The notes below the pieces were generated by a model. It saw only the letters and a program-made list of their open reading frames with translations. It was not told the DNA's origin and ran no database searches. DNA of 64,000 nt from Sporopachydermia quercuum (taxonomy: Eukaryota): assembly GCA_001599295.1 (NCBI GenBank), contig BCGN01000002.1:930001-994000 (forward strand). The letters run 5' to 3'. How positions within the stretch are numbered: the stretch's first letter is position 1; every line of letters starts with the position of its first letter. This document shows, in pieces, positions 10,497-22,754 of this stretch. The position numbers were made by a program, and so were the translations under genes.

Positions 10497-13034
10497 AAGC
10501 TACTATATTTAGATCAACAATTGCTCTTAAGCATGAAAACACCTTAGTATTTCATATTATATAAATAACTTTGGTATTTATACTTCTAATATAATCGGAA
10601 TGAAAATGGAACCGCGTTCAGACCATTGCTCATCTATTCAAACAGATTTTTGATACATTGGCGATTTCCAACTGTCATTCTTCAAATGCTTTTCGTTCTC
10701 TTTGTTGTTTACTAACAAAACCCAAATGAAGCTCATCTGTGAATTCCGGAATCGATGTAAAAGCGGAAATGTTATGTATACACAATAAATTCCGCTATTT
10801 TACCAGCGAAAAGGGAAAGGATAATTTCGGAGATGAGTTGCTGATCAATGGGAAGACCTAATCAGACAAGTAAGGGGAAAAGGGATGGTAAATACTAAAT
10901 CTAAGGCAATGCAAACACCAACAAAATATTTGGTAAATAAATGGAAGTTCATGTTTTGGTTTATAAATTTCTATGAAATGTAACTTGCAATTGCAAATAT
11001 TGCGTGTACTAGGCAATCATTATCATTGAAAGGAACGAGTATTTAAGGTCTACAGGTCGAATTAAGGCTTTCTTCGTGCTCAAGCATAGGACTCCATGTT
11101 ATCCAGTAATTATGGGGAAATACCATACCATCATCATGTGAACATGGTATACTTATTGTGATATAGAAGTCGATAAGTATTAAGTCCATTAAAAAACTGT
11201 TTTGGTTTCACTACAAATTGCACGAGAATTCAAGTATCCCAGTCTCACTTTGCTCACNAGCTCATCGCATCTTTTTTCGTTCTCGGCAAAGTTAGGAGTT
11301 GCATTTGCCGGAAGTCGACTTAGAAATAACCAAAAGGGGATTACTCTCAGGAGACGAAAGGATAACCAAAATCACTAAATTCTTGACTGTTTGGTATAAA
11401 ATGTATTGAATCAAGCTTAATGGCTATTNCCTGAGCGAATTGTTGCTACATCATTCTACCTCATCTCCATTCAAAACATCTATCTAACTTATAAATTTCC
11501 ATCAAGCAAATCCTTCTTATGAACAAAACGATATACATTCCTTATATACTACCCTTAAATTTATCAATGAGATAAGATTTCATGTTTTAAACAAACGGCT
11601 TATCAGTCGTCAAGGAATCCATCAGAATGGTAGTAGAAGATATACCAAACTTCCGCTTCTTCCATTGGAAATAGCTACTCCTTTTCAAAAATCACAGGGT
11701 CAATTGAACATGCTCTACTATGTCACCGTTTCAACAAATAATCCAAACGAAGTCTTCGTTATACTTCCTACTTTTCATAGCTGCAGTCAAAATACCTACC
11801 TAATCATGTATATTGTGCATATTACCGCGTTGTTCCGCTAATAATGGCCCCATTTCTTTGCTTATAATTGATCCGAGATAACCGTTAGGCGACGGTGTCA
11901 TGAATGTCATAAGTCTTGAATTTACTACCGTCATGAGCTGGTTGTAGGATGATCTGAATATAAGATGAAGTAATCAATTATTTTTGGAAGAAGATATTGC
12001 TTAGATGGCTGTTGAATGGATAATTCAGGGCAAGTGAGTTAGTTTTAATTGTCACTAGATGGCTTTANTGTCGAGATAATGTTCTTTAAAAGAAAAAATT
12101 GAAGTAATCCAAAGAGTTGTTGATTGTTAATCATTGATGAACAAAAAGACAGCCAAGTCCAGTACGAGCAAATGATTATCTAATCATTTATTATACTACG
12201 TTACAAGTCTCTTTCAAACCAATGAAATCCCTCACATTCTAAATTTACTATACACCTATTAAACAAAACACTATTTAAATTGTTGAGCTTTAGCGCGTTA
12301 ATTTTACACCATATAATGCCGGTTTATATTCCCCAGCTGTTTAGCCCATTTATGATACCGGAAAACTTACGTTTCGTCATATAAATTACTCAAGCCCTCG
12401 GTACCTTATACAACAGATAGACATAAACTCCTAACCCCATTGGACATATTGCCTGACAAATATTTGTCTTCATCATTTAATGCCCTCTTAAGACTCATTA
12501 TATGGTGAGATTTTAAAGCTCCAATTCAAGTTCCCTCTTAGTTTCTTTCAAATAGCTTTTATCAACTTTTCTCTGTGATTGATTATTCAATTAACCATAC
12601 AATTGTTTTCAAGGCTAAAGTGAATGACTTATTGGATCATTCAATATCTTAACTGGTTGTTAGATTGTGATAGCTTTAAGGTGTAAGTATTAGAAATTAC
12701 ATTGATACGGGCTGTCAGCCAAGGTAAGCTTTTTGCACCGTTAACAGGAAGCTGTTCGTAATAACTACTGTTTCATTTGCTGATCATTAAAAGCCTTTCA
12801 GATATATTGATTATTATTTTGGTAATGAACTGAATTGACTCTCAATAATTTCTTTGTTCCTATAAATTATTCGCTACATTTTAGTACTGGTTTTGAGGTC
12901 TGTTATTTCCTTAGAACACCAAATCTAGCAGAACAAGCAGAGACGAAGAAGTAACAACAAAACGTATCTATACAATAATTCATTCTTCTTGCAATACATC
13001 AATAGAAGCTATAAACAAATACTCTTTGTCCACA

Positions 13035-14909
13035 ATGCCAGGATTCCTTTCATCACATAGAAGTGAATCTCACGATTCAAGTATACCAAACAATTCAGCT
13101 TCAAACTCTGGCAAACCTGACAGGAAATTCTTTTCCTTAGGATTTTCTAAAGACAAGCGCGACAAACAAGCTCAAGCATTGACTCATACGAACAACCCTG
13201 CACCAGTTAGAGATCCTTTCCAATCATCTCACAGCCAATCTATGTTATCAACTCATGATGTTAATCAATCTCAAGTTTCATTACAATCTACAGCTCTAGA
13301 TACGAATACCACCAATGATGCACCAGGCTCCTCTAGTCCTAATACATCTTCTGTCAATATCACTGGAACTATTATAGCAGGTACTCATGAATCAGCTTCT
13401 GCATCTCTTGGAAAATTAAGATCGTCTCATCATTCCAGTTCCATGATGGAGCTGAAACGGTTTTTCCGCCCTAGTAAACGATCGAATTCCAACCATCATC
13501 AAACGTCTCGCATGAAAAGCAGTACTACTGCTTCAACACCACCGTCGCCAACAATCTCGTCATCTGGAGCTGGTTCTAGTATGTTAGCTACTCCTCCTCC
13601 TTCACATACTGGCTCATCGAGTATGATTGCTTCGTTAACTGACACATCTCTAATGCCTTTTAATGAAGATGCAGGTGGATTATTCCGTAAATATGGTAAT
13701 TTAGGTAAAGTATTGGGCTCAGGAGCTGGTGGCTCAGTTAGACTGATTACTAGATCATCTGATAATACTACATTTGCAGTAAAAGAATTTAGACCTCGTC
13801 ATAGCAACGAATCGGAGAAAGATTATGCAAGAAAAGTCACCACTGAATTTTGTATTGGTTCAACTCTTCATCATGTAAATATTATTGAAACTCTTGATAT
13901 TATTCATGAAGGTTCCAAATTCTTTGAAGTGATGGAGTATTGTCCTTATGATTTTTTTTCAATTGTTATGTCAGGACAAATGTCACGGAATGAAATCAAC
14001 TGCTGTTTCAAACAGATCATTTCTGGAGTGAAATATTTACATTCTATGGGATTAGCTCATCGAGATTTAAAATTGGATAATTGTGTTGTTACTGCTGATG
14101 GAATTGTTAAATTAATTGATTTTGGTTCAGCTGTAGTGTTTCAGTATCCTTTTGAGGATAATGTTGTGCTTGCTCATGGTGTAGTTGGCTCAGATCCTTA
14201 TCTTGCTCCTGAAGTTTTAAAGAATACTAAATATGATCCTCAACCAACAGATGTATGGTCATTAGCAATTATTTATTGCTGTATGGTCCTAAGGAGATTC
14301 CCATGGAAAGCTCCAAAGTTAACAGATGGTAGTTTCAAGTTATTTGCAGCTAACAAAGATGAGGAAGGTTATATTAGAGCTGATGGCAAGTCTAGATGGA
14401 GAGATGCTCAAACTAAAGCAGCTGCAACACCTGCATCTACGGAGGATCCGAACAATGGATCATCGCCTTCACAACAGCAACAGCAACAGCAGCCACCGCA
14501 TAAACCTCAAATTAAAGGACCATATCGACTAATGAGACTTCTACCACATGCTGCTAGGCCTATAGTTGCTCGTATGTTGGAGCTAGATCCTGTATCAAGA
14601 GCTACTATGGACGAAATCTTGGAAGATGCTTGGGTTCGAGACATAAATATGTGTACTGCAGTTCCAGTAGATCAATTGCCTGATCCTGACGATTTAACTG
14701 GTGCTATTACAATTTCTGGTGTTAAGGAATCTCCATTACATCCTTCCATACATTCGTTCCCAATGGGTACCAAACCTGATACTTCTGTTCCTATAGATGA
14801 AAGATGCGCTAAACCAACTGTGAAATTAGGTACTGGTGGATTGAATAAAAAGTATGTAGTGGTGACAGCTCCTGTTTATGACCATCGTCATACATTTGTA
14901 AAGGAATAA
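13035..14909 (+). CDS. HRK1: Npr1/Hal5-family Ser/Thr kinase
   Basis: [56 protein letters not shown]; first ATG at 13035 (the track starts at TTG); polyQ insert in the C-lobe. Confidence 0.9.
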   Translation: MPGFLSSHRSESHDSSIPNNSASNSGKPDRKFFSLGFSKDKRDKQAQALTHTNNPAPVRDPFQSSHSQSMLSTHDVNQSQVSLQSTALDTNTTNDAPGSSSPNTSSVNITGTIIAGTHESASASLGKLRSSHHSSSMMELKRFFRPSKRSNSNHHQTSRMKSSTTASTPPSPTISSSGAGSSMLATPPPSHTGSSSMIASLTDTSLMPFNEDAGGLFRKYGNLGKVLGSGAGGSVRLITRSSDNTTFAVKEFRPRHSNESEKDYARKVTTEFCIGSTLHHVNIIETLDIIHEGSKFFEVMEYCPYDFFSIVMSGQMSRNEINCCFKQIISGVKYLHSMGLAHRDLKLDNCVVTADGIVKLIDFGSAVVFQYPFEDNVVLAHGVVGSDPYLAPEVLKNTKYDPQPTDVWSLAIIYCCMVLRRFPWKAPKLTDGSFKLFAANKDEEGYIRADGKSRWRDAQTKAAATPASTEDPNNGSSPSQQQQQQQPPHKPQIKGPYRLMRLLPHAARPIVARMLELDPVSRATMDEILEDAWVRDINMCTAVPVDQLPDPDDLTGAITISGVKESPLHPSIHSFPMGTKPDTSVPIDERCAKPTVKLGTGGLNKKYVVVTAPVYDHRHTFVKE

Positions 14910-15254
14910 GCCTCATAACATTGGCTGGTTTGTTATTTGGTAGTTATTGACAATTACAAGTTGAAGATAGAGTTTTTAGTTATGATCATAGACTCTTTGG
15001 TGAGTCGTAGCTATATAGTAGTTACTGTTATAATTAGTAATTATACTTATAAATACAATTGGTACTGTTACTATTTATATTCTCACCTTGGAAGTCATTC
15101 CTATATGATGAACATTATAGCTATAACTAGGTTTAATCATAGTATACTGAGTTCTATCCTATCTGCTCCATGAGTTTTGAATAGGTGTATACGTCTTTAT
15201 TCGTTTATATTTAGTTTAATGGTTATATTTGCATGTTTAAATATGTACGTACAT

Positions 15255-17081
15255 TCACTGTATTTCTTTCTCTCTCATATTAACAAGTCTTTCAACATCA
15301 CTTTGACCCAAGCCAGCGCCATAGTTTCTAGCTTCTTTAACAAATCTAGTAAATGGTGGCCATGAGACATCAACTTTCACTCTTCCTTCATCGTCCAGGG
15401 GTAATTCTATAGTGCTGTAAGCTTCCACAACATCTTTCATCAATTCCCATAAGTCAGATTGAGTAAGATTAGAAATTCCAATCAAGCCTTCATTGGCAAC
15501 AGAGAAGTTTGAACCAAATAGTAAGAGTTTTATTCTCATCGCATCATCTTTCATGACGCCAGAGTCACGATCGTATTGTATGACATATTCCTGTTTAGCT
15601 TCCCGTGTTACCAATTTTTCTGCTTTACTATCATTCTGAAAAACATCAATTCCTCTTGTTAAACAACCTTCTACTAATTCATTATGACTGAGTCCCCAGA
15701 CACCTCCGAACTTACTAATTAAAAAGTCATCAGCACGAGTACTTTCAGTCCAACGAGTAATCAATTGTCCTGCTCTAGAAGCAGGATACAACACGCCAGG
15801 AACATATTCCCACTTCAATCTCAATGATGACAACAAACATTGACGTAAAGANTCAGCTTCTGCAGACGTCGATAATGCTGATTCCATTGCAGTTGAACGC
15901 ATAGCTTGCGTTAATACAGGAACGAGATTATTAGTAGTTAAAGAAGACGTGGAGGAATATACCAGTTTTTTCACATGATCTTTTATACTTTCAACTCTGT
16001 TTTTGGTAATATCGTCAAGAAGAGCTGATCTCGTCCTCAACATAATCTTTTCAATGAATTCTGGCCGAGCAGTTGATGGGACCCATTTGGGAAACAGGAT
16101 AGGGACTAAAGGAGCAGCAGGAACAACAAATAAAGACAACGGCAATGCAAAAAACAGAGCCTTATTGAAATTCGACGCTGTTCTACAAGCAATTTGATAT
16201 TGAGATCTGGTGATAGATTCGGGAGCCGGTAACGTGATTAACACATTATTTTTCTTATTGGACCTATCACTACCTCGTTTAGAAACTGTGGTAGATGTGA
16301 AAAAAGCAGTAGGAGCTAGTTTCTTCTCCAAAATCTCAGATCGAGCAGCAGCAAGAATTTCTTGTGTCATAGCATCTAATATTGCTTGCCTAGTTTTGAA
16401 TACAGTTGATTGTGATGATGAAGATGCTTTGAAATGATGACTAAAAGTACGGAGAAACCTTTTAGTTTTCATCCAAGTGAATACATGATAAAGTAGTGAT
16501 TCAAAATGTAGGGTATATGCATCCAAGACCAATTTAATTGTTTTGGCAATTGGATTGAAATGTTTATCTTTCCATGTGTGTTTCAGTGTACTATGATCAG
16601 GAAAAGTTCTATCAGCATTTAACATATCATGCATATCTTCCTTTGATGATATGTTGGATCTTAGTTTGCTGGGTGCTTTGCCAGATAAAACGTCTGCCTG
16701 ATCATTAATTGTGAACATAGGAAGGTAGCCGAACCAATTATGGGCAAAAATCGAGTTCTGCTTGATAGTGAAGTTATAGTTGTATATATCGATTAGAGGA
16801 GCACTTGGTGAATTCGGGTTTGTTGATTGTGCGTTATCACTGGATTGGATGAAGTTTGCGGAAAATGCTGATCTAGTATTCGTTATTTCTCCATGTTGGC
16901 TCTTCTGCATGGACTTTGAGGTTTTGAGACCTTTGATTTTCTCATCCGGAAATAGGATATCAACAGCCTTTTTAGAATCTTTTTGAATTTGGCTTTGACT
17001 GCTTTGAAATCTTACTGCCATCGTTTGAGCAAAAACTCTATGAACATGTTGATAAGGTGATAATCTATACCTTGACAACAT
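15255..17081 (-). CDS. PNT1: Mitochondrial LETM1-domain inner membrane protein, Pnt1-like
   Basis: Arg/Ser-rich presequence; Pro-rich TM segment (ALPLSLFVVPAAPLVPILFPKWVPST); ADDFLI..GGVWGLSHNELVEGCLTRG LETM1 motif; convergent with HRK1 like PNT1 in S. cerevisiae. Confidence 0.7.
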   Translation of the reverse strand: MLSRYRLSPYQHVHRVFAQTMAVRFQSSQSQIQKDSKKAVDILFPDEKIKGLKTSKSMQKSQHGEITNTRSAFSANFIQSSDNAQSTNPNSPSAPLIDIYNYNFTIKQNSIFAHNWFGYLPMFTINDQADVLSGKAPSKLRSNISSKEDMHDMLNADRTFPDHSTLKHTWKDKHFNPIAKTIKLVLDAYTLHFESLLYHVFTWMKTKRFLRTFSHHFKASSSSQSTVFKTRQAILDAMTQEILAAARSEILEKKLAPTAFFTSTTVSKRGSDRSNKKNNVLITLPAPESITRSQYQIACRTASNFNKALFFALPLSLFVVPAAPLVPILFPKWVPSTARPEFIEKIMLRTRSALLDDITKNRVESIKDHVKKLVYSSTSSLTTNNLVPVLTQAMRSTAMESALSTSAEAXSLRQCLLSSLRLKWEYVPGVLYPASRAGQLITRWTESTRADDFLISKFGGVWGLSHNELVEGCLTRGIDVFQNDSKAEKLVTREAKQEYVIQYDRDSGVMKDDAMRIKLLLFGSNFSVANEGLIGISNLTQSDLWELMKDVVEAYSTIELPLDDEGRVKVDVSWPPFTRFVKEARNYGAGLGQSDVERLVNMREKEIQ

Positions 17082-17667
17082 GTTACCGTATTATAGAATT
17101 TACCTTAAGGATTGGGGCTAGGTATGACGTTTGATATTAGCATGGCAAAAGGAGTAGCTATTTATATCACTTCATTAAAATTCCTAGTATACTACTGTAG
17201 AAATTGAGAGTAATGATTATTGAAATTAGTAGAGATATTGTTAAACATCTGAATCTTATTATGTATATCTGAATATTTCATTACTTTTTTTGTTAATGGA
17301 CGAATAAAATGTGTGAGAAAGAAATTTCGGAAATGATAAGCGGAAGGGAAGTATGCTGTACGTGGGGTGAGACTCGATAGTGAATCACGTGATGTGTATA
17401 TCATGCCTTTCTAGTTGAATTGAATTAATAAATGGCTGAAGGAAACGGAAACAGGGTATTTTTGTTCAATAATGAGCTGGTAATGAGCTCATAGTAAGAT
17501 TAAATATCAGATTAAAGATTAATTGGTTCACCAACAAATAATACAAGGTGCCGGGTTAGTGATATAGTTCATCGTCAATTGTATACACGCCACAGAAGTA
17601 ATAGTTGATTGATGTGATGTGATGTTTGGTATCCAACAACCCACAGCGAAGTCAGTATTTCAAACGC

Positions 17668-19305
17668 TCATTTCAATAAACAGCTGTAGAGTTGCCTATC
17701 GGAGGTGTCTTGTCCATATCGTAGACTCCATGAATATTTGAGGAATTGAAAGGACGAGAACTGATGGATCACAAATAGACTATTAGTATGATTGAAAACA
17801 GGAGTTTAAGGTATCAAATCTCTGAATAAGAGATTCAGATTGAAATTAAACAAAAATCAGGTAAATGTTACCTCTGGTATTTCTGAATCAGAGTGGAACA
17901 CATTATAAGCTCGTATGGCAGATCTGGTATCAAAATATTGGATAGAATATGATAAATATACATCATAAACTGGTACGATTTGAGCAATAGGGCCAAACTG
18001 TTCGAATTCGAGTTCAATCTGCAGAGAGGTTCTAGTTAGTAATAATAAAATGAACTGATAACAAACGCTAACGAACGATTTCTCAAGACTTCAAAATAAG
18101 GGTATACAGACTTCTTTAACATTTATCTCGTAGTAACCAAACTTAGATACTCTATTATATTGAGACAGACTAAAGCAGGTGGTGTCAATATGAGATAGTC
18201 TATCAGTACGAGATAGTACCAAACATCTTCTGGCACCACTTCCAAGCATTTCCGATCTAACGCTGTCATAATCGGTGTGCTTTGCATTGGTATAAATAGA
18301 ATTCTTCCTTGGTAATGTATGAATGGTATCAAATGTATACGGTAGTAATCTATGACCGTTAACAACAAAGAAACCTTTATCACAGTAGTAATAGAATTCT
18401 GCGGCACTTTCTTCGTTTAAGAAGCATATTTCTATCACACCATTGTGTCTTTCAGATATCGATTTGAGTGATCTTTGAGTACTTTCAGTATTATTGCTTC
18501 TATCAAATAGACTTATAGCTTGGATTGGACCTCCACCGATTTGAGCAATTAAAGAGTTGATACTTATGTTTGCTGGTAAGTTTTTCAACAGTACTGACCG
18601 TTTTGATTGGGTATTCATAAAGTACTTATCTTCCGGTGAATCATATCGAACTATTGAACCATAATTCGGATCAAATGTGGTATTATTCCCTTTCATTTTA
18701 CCTATCGGTTCACAGTCAACGTAAATATCATGATTTTGATGACCATCAAAATCGTAAACTGAGTTTTGGTTCATTGATTCAATTTGATCACAAGATAACT
18801 CTAAAGTGATTCGATCAAATGTACTGTCGTTACTATTGTTGAAATCACACAATAATTTGGTGTTCCTTTTATTATCTGCTTTTAGTAAATTATTTAAAGT
18901 ATCGTTTCCGTTAAAATCACTAGAGATATTGTTCCTAACAGAGTCTGATAAAAGCTCGGTTTTAATCATTTGCGTTGGTTCCTCAAGTAATCCGTTGACA
19001 TCTAGATAGCTTATAGCTTGCGAACAAGCCCATTGGCTAACGGACTTTGAATAGCTCTTTAACAAGTTTCTTAGCCTCCAACGGTCTTTGAGGTTCTTTG
19101 GCCAAATTGTACTGGCCATGTTACCGTTCAAAGCTTCTACTGAGTTTTTGTTGATATCATGATACCCCATGGAATTCTTATCTCTATTTGAGTTTTTCTT
19201 CTCTAGATCTAGCCGCTGGAAATATGAAGTCTGTTGCTGCAGTTTTTCAATTGAGTCTAAAGCAATTTCGTTAGTTTTGTTTGTAGTTATGACGGTTTTC
19301 AACAT
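17668..19305 (-). CDS. SSP2: Sporulation-specific RRM-like protein Ssp2; spliced join 19305-18112, 18018-17872, 17760-17668 (~477 aa)
   Basis: SVLLKNLP..SLIAQIGGGP in exon 1. Hand-spliced exon 2 IELEFEQFGPIAQIVPVYDVYLSYSIQYFDTRSAIRAYNVFHSDSEIPE and exon 3 FSSFQFLKYSWSLRYGQDTSDRQLYSCLLK* resemble the Ssp2 C-terminus (F..FG.I..I.P...DI.SA.RA; W..WYGKD.TD). Lies next to PUS7 as in S. cerevisiae. Confidence 0.82.
17761..17871 (-). other. SSP2 intron 2 (111 nt, phase 0)
   Basis: Donor GAG|GTAACA, branch TACTAAT 17788-17782, acceptor CAG 17763-17761; removal restores the conserved C-terminal motif. Confidence 0.75.
18019..18111 (-). other. SSP2 intron 1 (93 nt, phase 0)
   Basis: Donor GAA|GTCTGT, perfect branch TACTAAC 18041-18035, acceptor CAG 18021-18019; in-frame TGA if retained. 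Confidence 0.8.
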
Positions 19306-19906
19306 CTTGATGTCTGCGTTTCTATAAACAATGACGTCTATAGTCAACCGATGATCGTTGCTCGATAGGTGGATAGCAAATACTATGATAGGACGGGTAC
19401 ACTACGAGAACAAGACCTACTTCTTAGTAGCAAGCAATATTTTGAAAATGAAGCAATCCAAAGCTATTTTGATCAAGATAATAATAATATATTATATTTT
19501 AATACTGAAGGTTGATGGAAACACTATATTTCCAGCCCTAAAGACGACATACTTTGACGATTGGCAAAAGTAACAAAGAAGAGAATGATAGCAAATTATT
19601 TAGGTACTGAGTAACAAAGTCGAGCAAGCATTCTACATAGATTCCGCAATTTATTGCCAACTCCGGAAATGCCAATTTTCGGAAACTATATTAATATAGG
19701 ATATTATATTCCACAGATCTGAGGTATGTTTTCCGAAATATATAACCCATATCTATTTCCTAACCACCAGATTAATGCAACTTGTTAACTACTTATTGAT
19801 TACTTATACCTATATTGCTATATATACAAGAAATAATGGTTAGCAGAAGGTTGGATAAATTACAAATGAATATTGTTGTTTTGTTGCTAGTTCTATTAAT
19901 AGTAAC

Positions 19907-22147
19907 TCATACTGTAGATGTGGCATCAATCTTGACATTTTGGGCATCTCCTCTTCTTGATGTTTCTGTCTTCATAACTTCTCTCAAAGCCATTGTGGCA
20001 TAAGCCGATGTTCCAAGTTTCATTTTCAGAACAATTGCAGTTCTAGAACCTTCATTTCTAGTCTCTATTATCTGGCTGACATCCGTCTTTACTGGCTCAT
20101 CTGAATTCTCTCTATTCTGTTTCTCAATATCACGTTTCTCCTCCAAAACTTGTAAATCAGTCAAAACCATTTGCTCAACTTGATTTTCATACCTCTTAAG
20201 CCACCATTCAACATCAGAAGGCTTGGAAATCAAAGGTCTGTACGTTCCTGACAAGGAAAATTCCCTTATGTTTCTAGACATATTGAAAGGATCTAAACCA
20301 TCCTCTTTCATCTTATCGACATAGACTTGCCTCAACTTTTCATTTGTTGGATAAATAACGTCGAATCCAGGAGTGGGAAGAACTACATCATAAATAGTGA
20401 ACCTTCCTTGTTCGATTTCTTNCTCTGTAACAGGTCGAGCTCTAGTAAAAGGGTCTTCTTTCAAATCTTCTTTGAACGTCTCATCATCGTCAGTTTTTGT
20501 AGTAGCATTATTAGCTTCAACCGATGTATCGTTTGATTGATCAACAATTAGATCACCAGGTACAACAGATAATCCAAACAGCTCTATTCTTTTACTAGCA
20601 GCTGCGTTCCACACATGACTTTGATAAGCGTGACCATACATAACTCTAAGATTACGAGGAATTTGCATAACAGCAGCCAAGTATGAGTTCTTTTTTACAG
20701 ATTTACTAGCTTTCTCTTCTGCGGAATACCTACTGATTTCTTTCTCCAAGACGCGTAAAATGGCATGCTCAGCTGCACATTTCCTAGGCATTCTAGCCAA
20801 AGCATTTGTAGCATGTCTAGTTTCGTGCCAGATGTTCCGTGCTTCAACACTGTCGGGAGCAACAATCTCTTGCTTTGATAGTAATAATTCGCATGCTTTT
20901 CCCCATTCACCAGCAAGCAAATATTTACCCACAACGTGTGTGGAAATTGAAAATGTGCCAAACCTTTGCATACCAAAGTAATTGATAAATCCAACATCTC
21001 TTAGAGATTCCAGAGCTTTGACTATGTCATCTTTAGAAGAGCTTTCAACCTCGCGAATCGTAATGAGAAATTCATTACCAGTAAGATCACCCAATCGTAA
21101 TCCCGCATCACGATATTTCAAACCACCAATCTTCATTCCTCTTAATGTTCTGTTCAAACCATTCACTCTATCAGCTTTCATTTTATGGATAGACATATTC
21201 TGTACAGTAACACCTCTTCTATCCTTAGTTCCAGCATATCTCATGGATTTTGGGGCAATACGTAGGAATTTGGCAATCAATCCAGCTGCTTCCATAGTTT
21301 CTTTGTTTTCTTTGTACAATACAAAATGAAGATAATCTTTGGGAGCTCCTAAACTATCAATCCCTTCCGCAATACCACCAGGGGAAGAAATGCTTGTAGT
21401 ACTGCCATCTTGTTGAGGGCGTCTTTTAGGAAAAGATTGAGCAGATGATAATGCTATTTTGAATTTATTTTCTGCTGTTGTAAAAGAGTCAAGACGGCCA
21501 TGGAAAGCTTCTCTGAGTAATTGATGAAGACGGGTTCTTTCTTCCTTTGAAGTAAAACTTTTGCTGGTTTCTACATTTTTCCCAGTATGAAATAGCTCAA
21601 TGATAGCCTTTAAATCATCTTCTCCAATGAGATCAATTAATTGTGCTTTCTTTGATTCATCAATAGATTCAAAACTGAACTCTTCTTTAGTACTAGAACT
21701 AGTCTCAGATGTTTCTTGAGTAACACTGTCAATAGCTCTATCTTGTTCTCTTCGTTCTCTACGACGAGCCTTTTTATCCATAAATCCTGTATCATTCAGA
21801 TGAACTACATTTCCATTCAAATCAATTTCATTAACTAGGAAATCAGTGTATCTCTGCTTTAATATCCCTTTGAAGCCTGAGAGTTGAGGTGTGATGAATT
21901 GTGTGATACCGACATCTTCTTCTTGAATTCCTTTTTTTTTTGTGTATTTCCTCAGCTCTTCTTCTACGGATTTGAGAGTTGCTGCTAAATTTCCTTTGAG
22001 ATCTTCTTTCAGCTTCTTCGTTTCTGTTGATGATTCTTGTACATCAGCATTATTGGGCTCACTTTCCACAGCATCAAAGGACCGTTTTTTATCTTCTAGC
22101 GGTGCGACTGACGTGTGACCGTTTTCTGCAATATTTGAGTCTGTCAT
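19907..22147 (-). CDS. PUS7: TruD-family pseudouridine synthase
   Basis: GILKQRYTDFLVNEI, LYKENKET, catalytic AGTKDRRGVTVQ, GFINYFGMQRFG, YATMALRE. Confidence 0.97.
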   Translation of the reverse strand: MTDSNIAENGHTSVAPLEDKKRSFDAVESEPNNADVQESSTETKKLKEDLKGNLAATLKSVEEELRKYTKKKGIQEEDVGITQFITPQLSGFKGILKQRYTDFLVNEIDLNGNVVHLNDTGFMDKKARRRERREQDRAIDSVTQETSETSSSTKEEFSFESIDESKKAQLIDLIGEDDLKAIIELFHTGKNVETSKSFTSKEERTRLHQLLREAFHGRLDSFTTAENKFKIALSSAQSFPKRRPQQDGSTTSISSPGGIAEGIDSLGAPKDYLHFVLYKENKETMEAAGLIAKFLRIAPKSMRYAGTKDRRGVTVQNMSIHKMKADRVNGLNRTLRGMKIGGLKYRDAGLRLGDLTGNEFLITIREVESSSKDDIVKALESLRDVGFINYFGMQRFGTFSISTHVVGKYLLAGEWGKACELLLSKQEIVAPDSVEARNIWHETRHATNALARMPRKCAAEHAILRVLEKEISRYSAEEKASKSVKKNSYLAAVMQIPRNLRVMYGHAYQSHVWNAAASKRIELFGLSVVPGDLIVDQSNDTSVEANNATTKTDDDETFKEDLKEDPFTRARPVTEXEIEQGRFTIYDVVLPTPGFDVIYPTNEKLRQVYVDKMKEDGLDPFNMSRNIREFSLSGTYRPLISKPSDVEWWLKRYENQVEQMVLTDLQVLEEKRDIEKQNRENSDEPVKTDVSQIIETRNEGSRTAIVLKMKLGTSAYATMALREVMKTETSRRGDAQNVKIDATSTV

Positions 22148-22754
22148 TATAAAGATAGGTCTTGAATTGTATACGATATAATCAAATTAGCAAGTAGAAA
22201 AGATCAAACAATTGATTTCTTAAACGTGGGCTTTGATGCTCAACGAGATGAACTGCCTGATGATTGTTTTGATCTGCTATAAATTTGAGTCCAAACGGAA
22301 CCGTTGCTTTCTAAATAATGCAATAATCAACAATAATTCAGCAAAATCAATATTACGTTATTGAATATGCGTATCCTCTACTATTTAATTCAAATACTTT
22401 GAAAGAAATAGCAATATTGTTCATGGCACCAAATAGAATAGACTCCCATAATAAATATTTTTTCCATATTGCAAACAAATCTTTTCCGAATAATTTAGCT
22501 TTTTATTATCTCCGAAGTTACAATTTCCAGTTTTGAGGTTTATTTCCATATAATTTCCGGTTTAGTTACTTTATCTACTGTACCTATTTCTAGTAATCCG
22601 TGAAGAAGTTTGGTTGTTTTTTATTGGTAACTGACAACTGATTCTATATGAATTGATTAAGTGTTATGTGTTTTTCAAGAAGATACTTTTTTCAGCAAAA
22701 GAAATCAATATATGGTGCTTGAAAAGTGTACATCTCCTGAAAGGTTGAATCACA

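Noticed and set aside
12683..12884. Possible HRK1 5'UTR intron (GTAAGT at 12683)
   Set aside because: No convincing branch point, several candidate acceptors, and no reading frame to test it
19322..19420. Possible third SSP2 intron (GTAGGT...TTGAC...TAG, 99 nt)
   Set aside because: Weak branch point and no upstream in-frame ATG; at best a 5'UTR intron that needs RNA-seq
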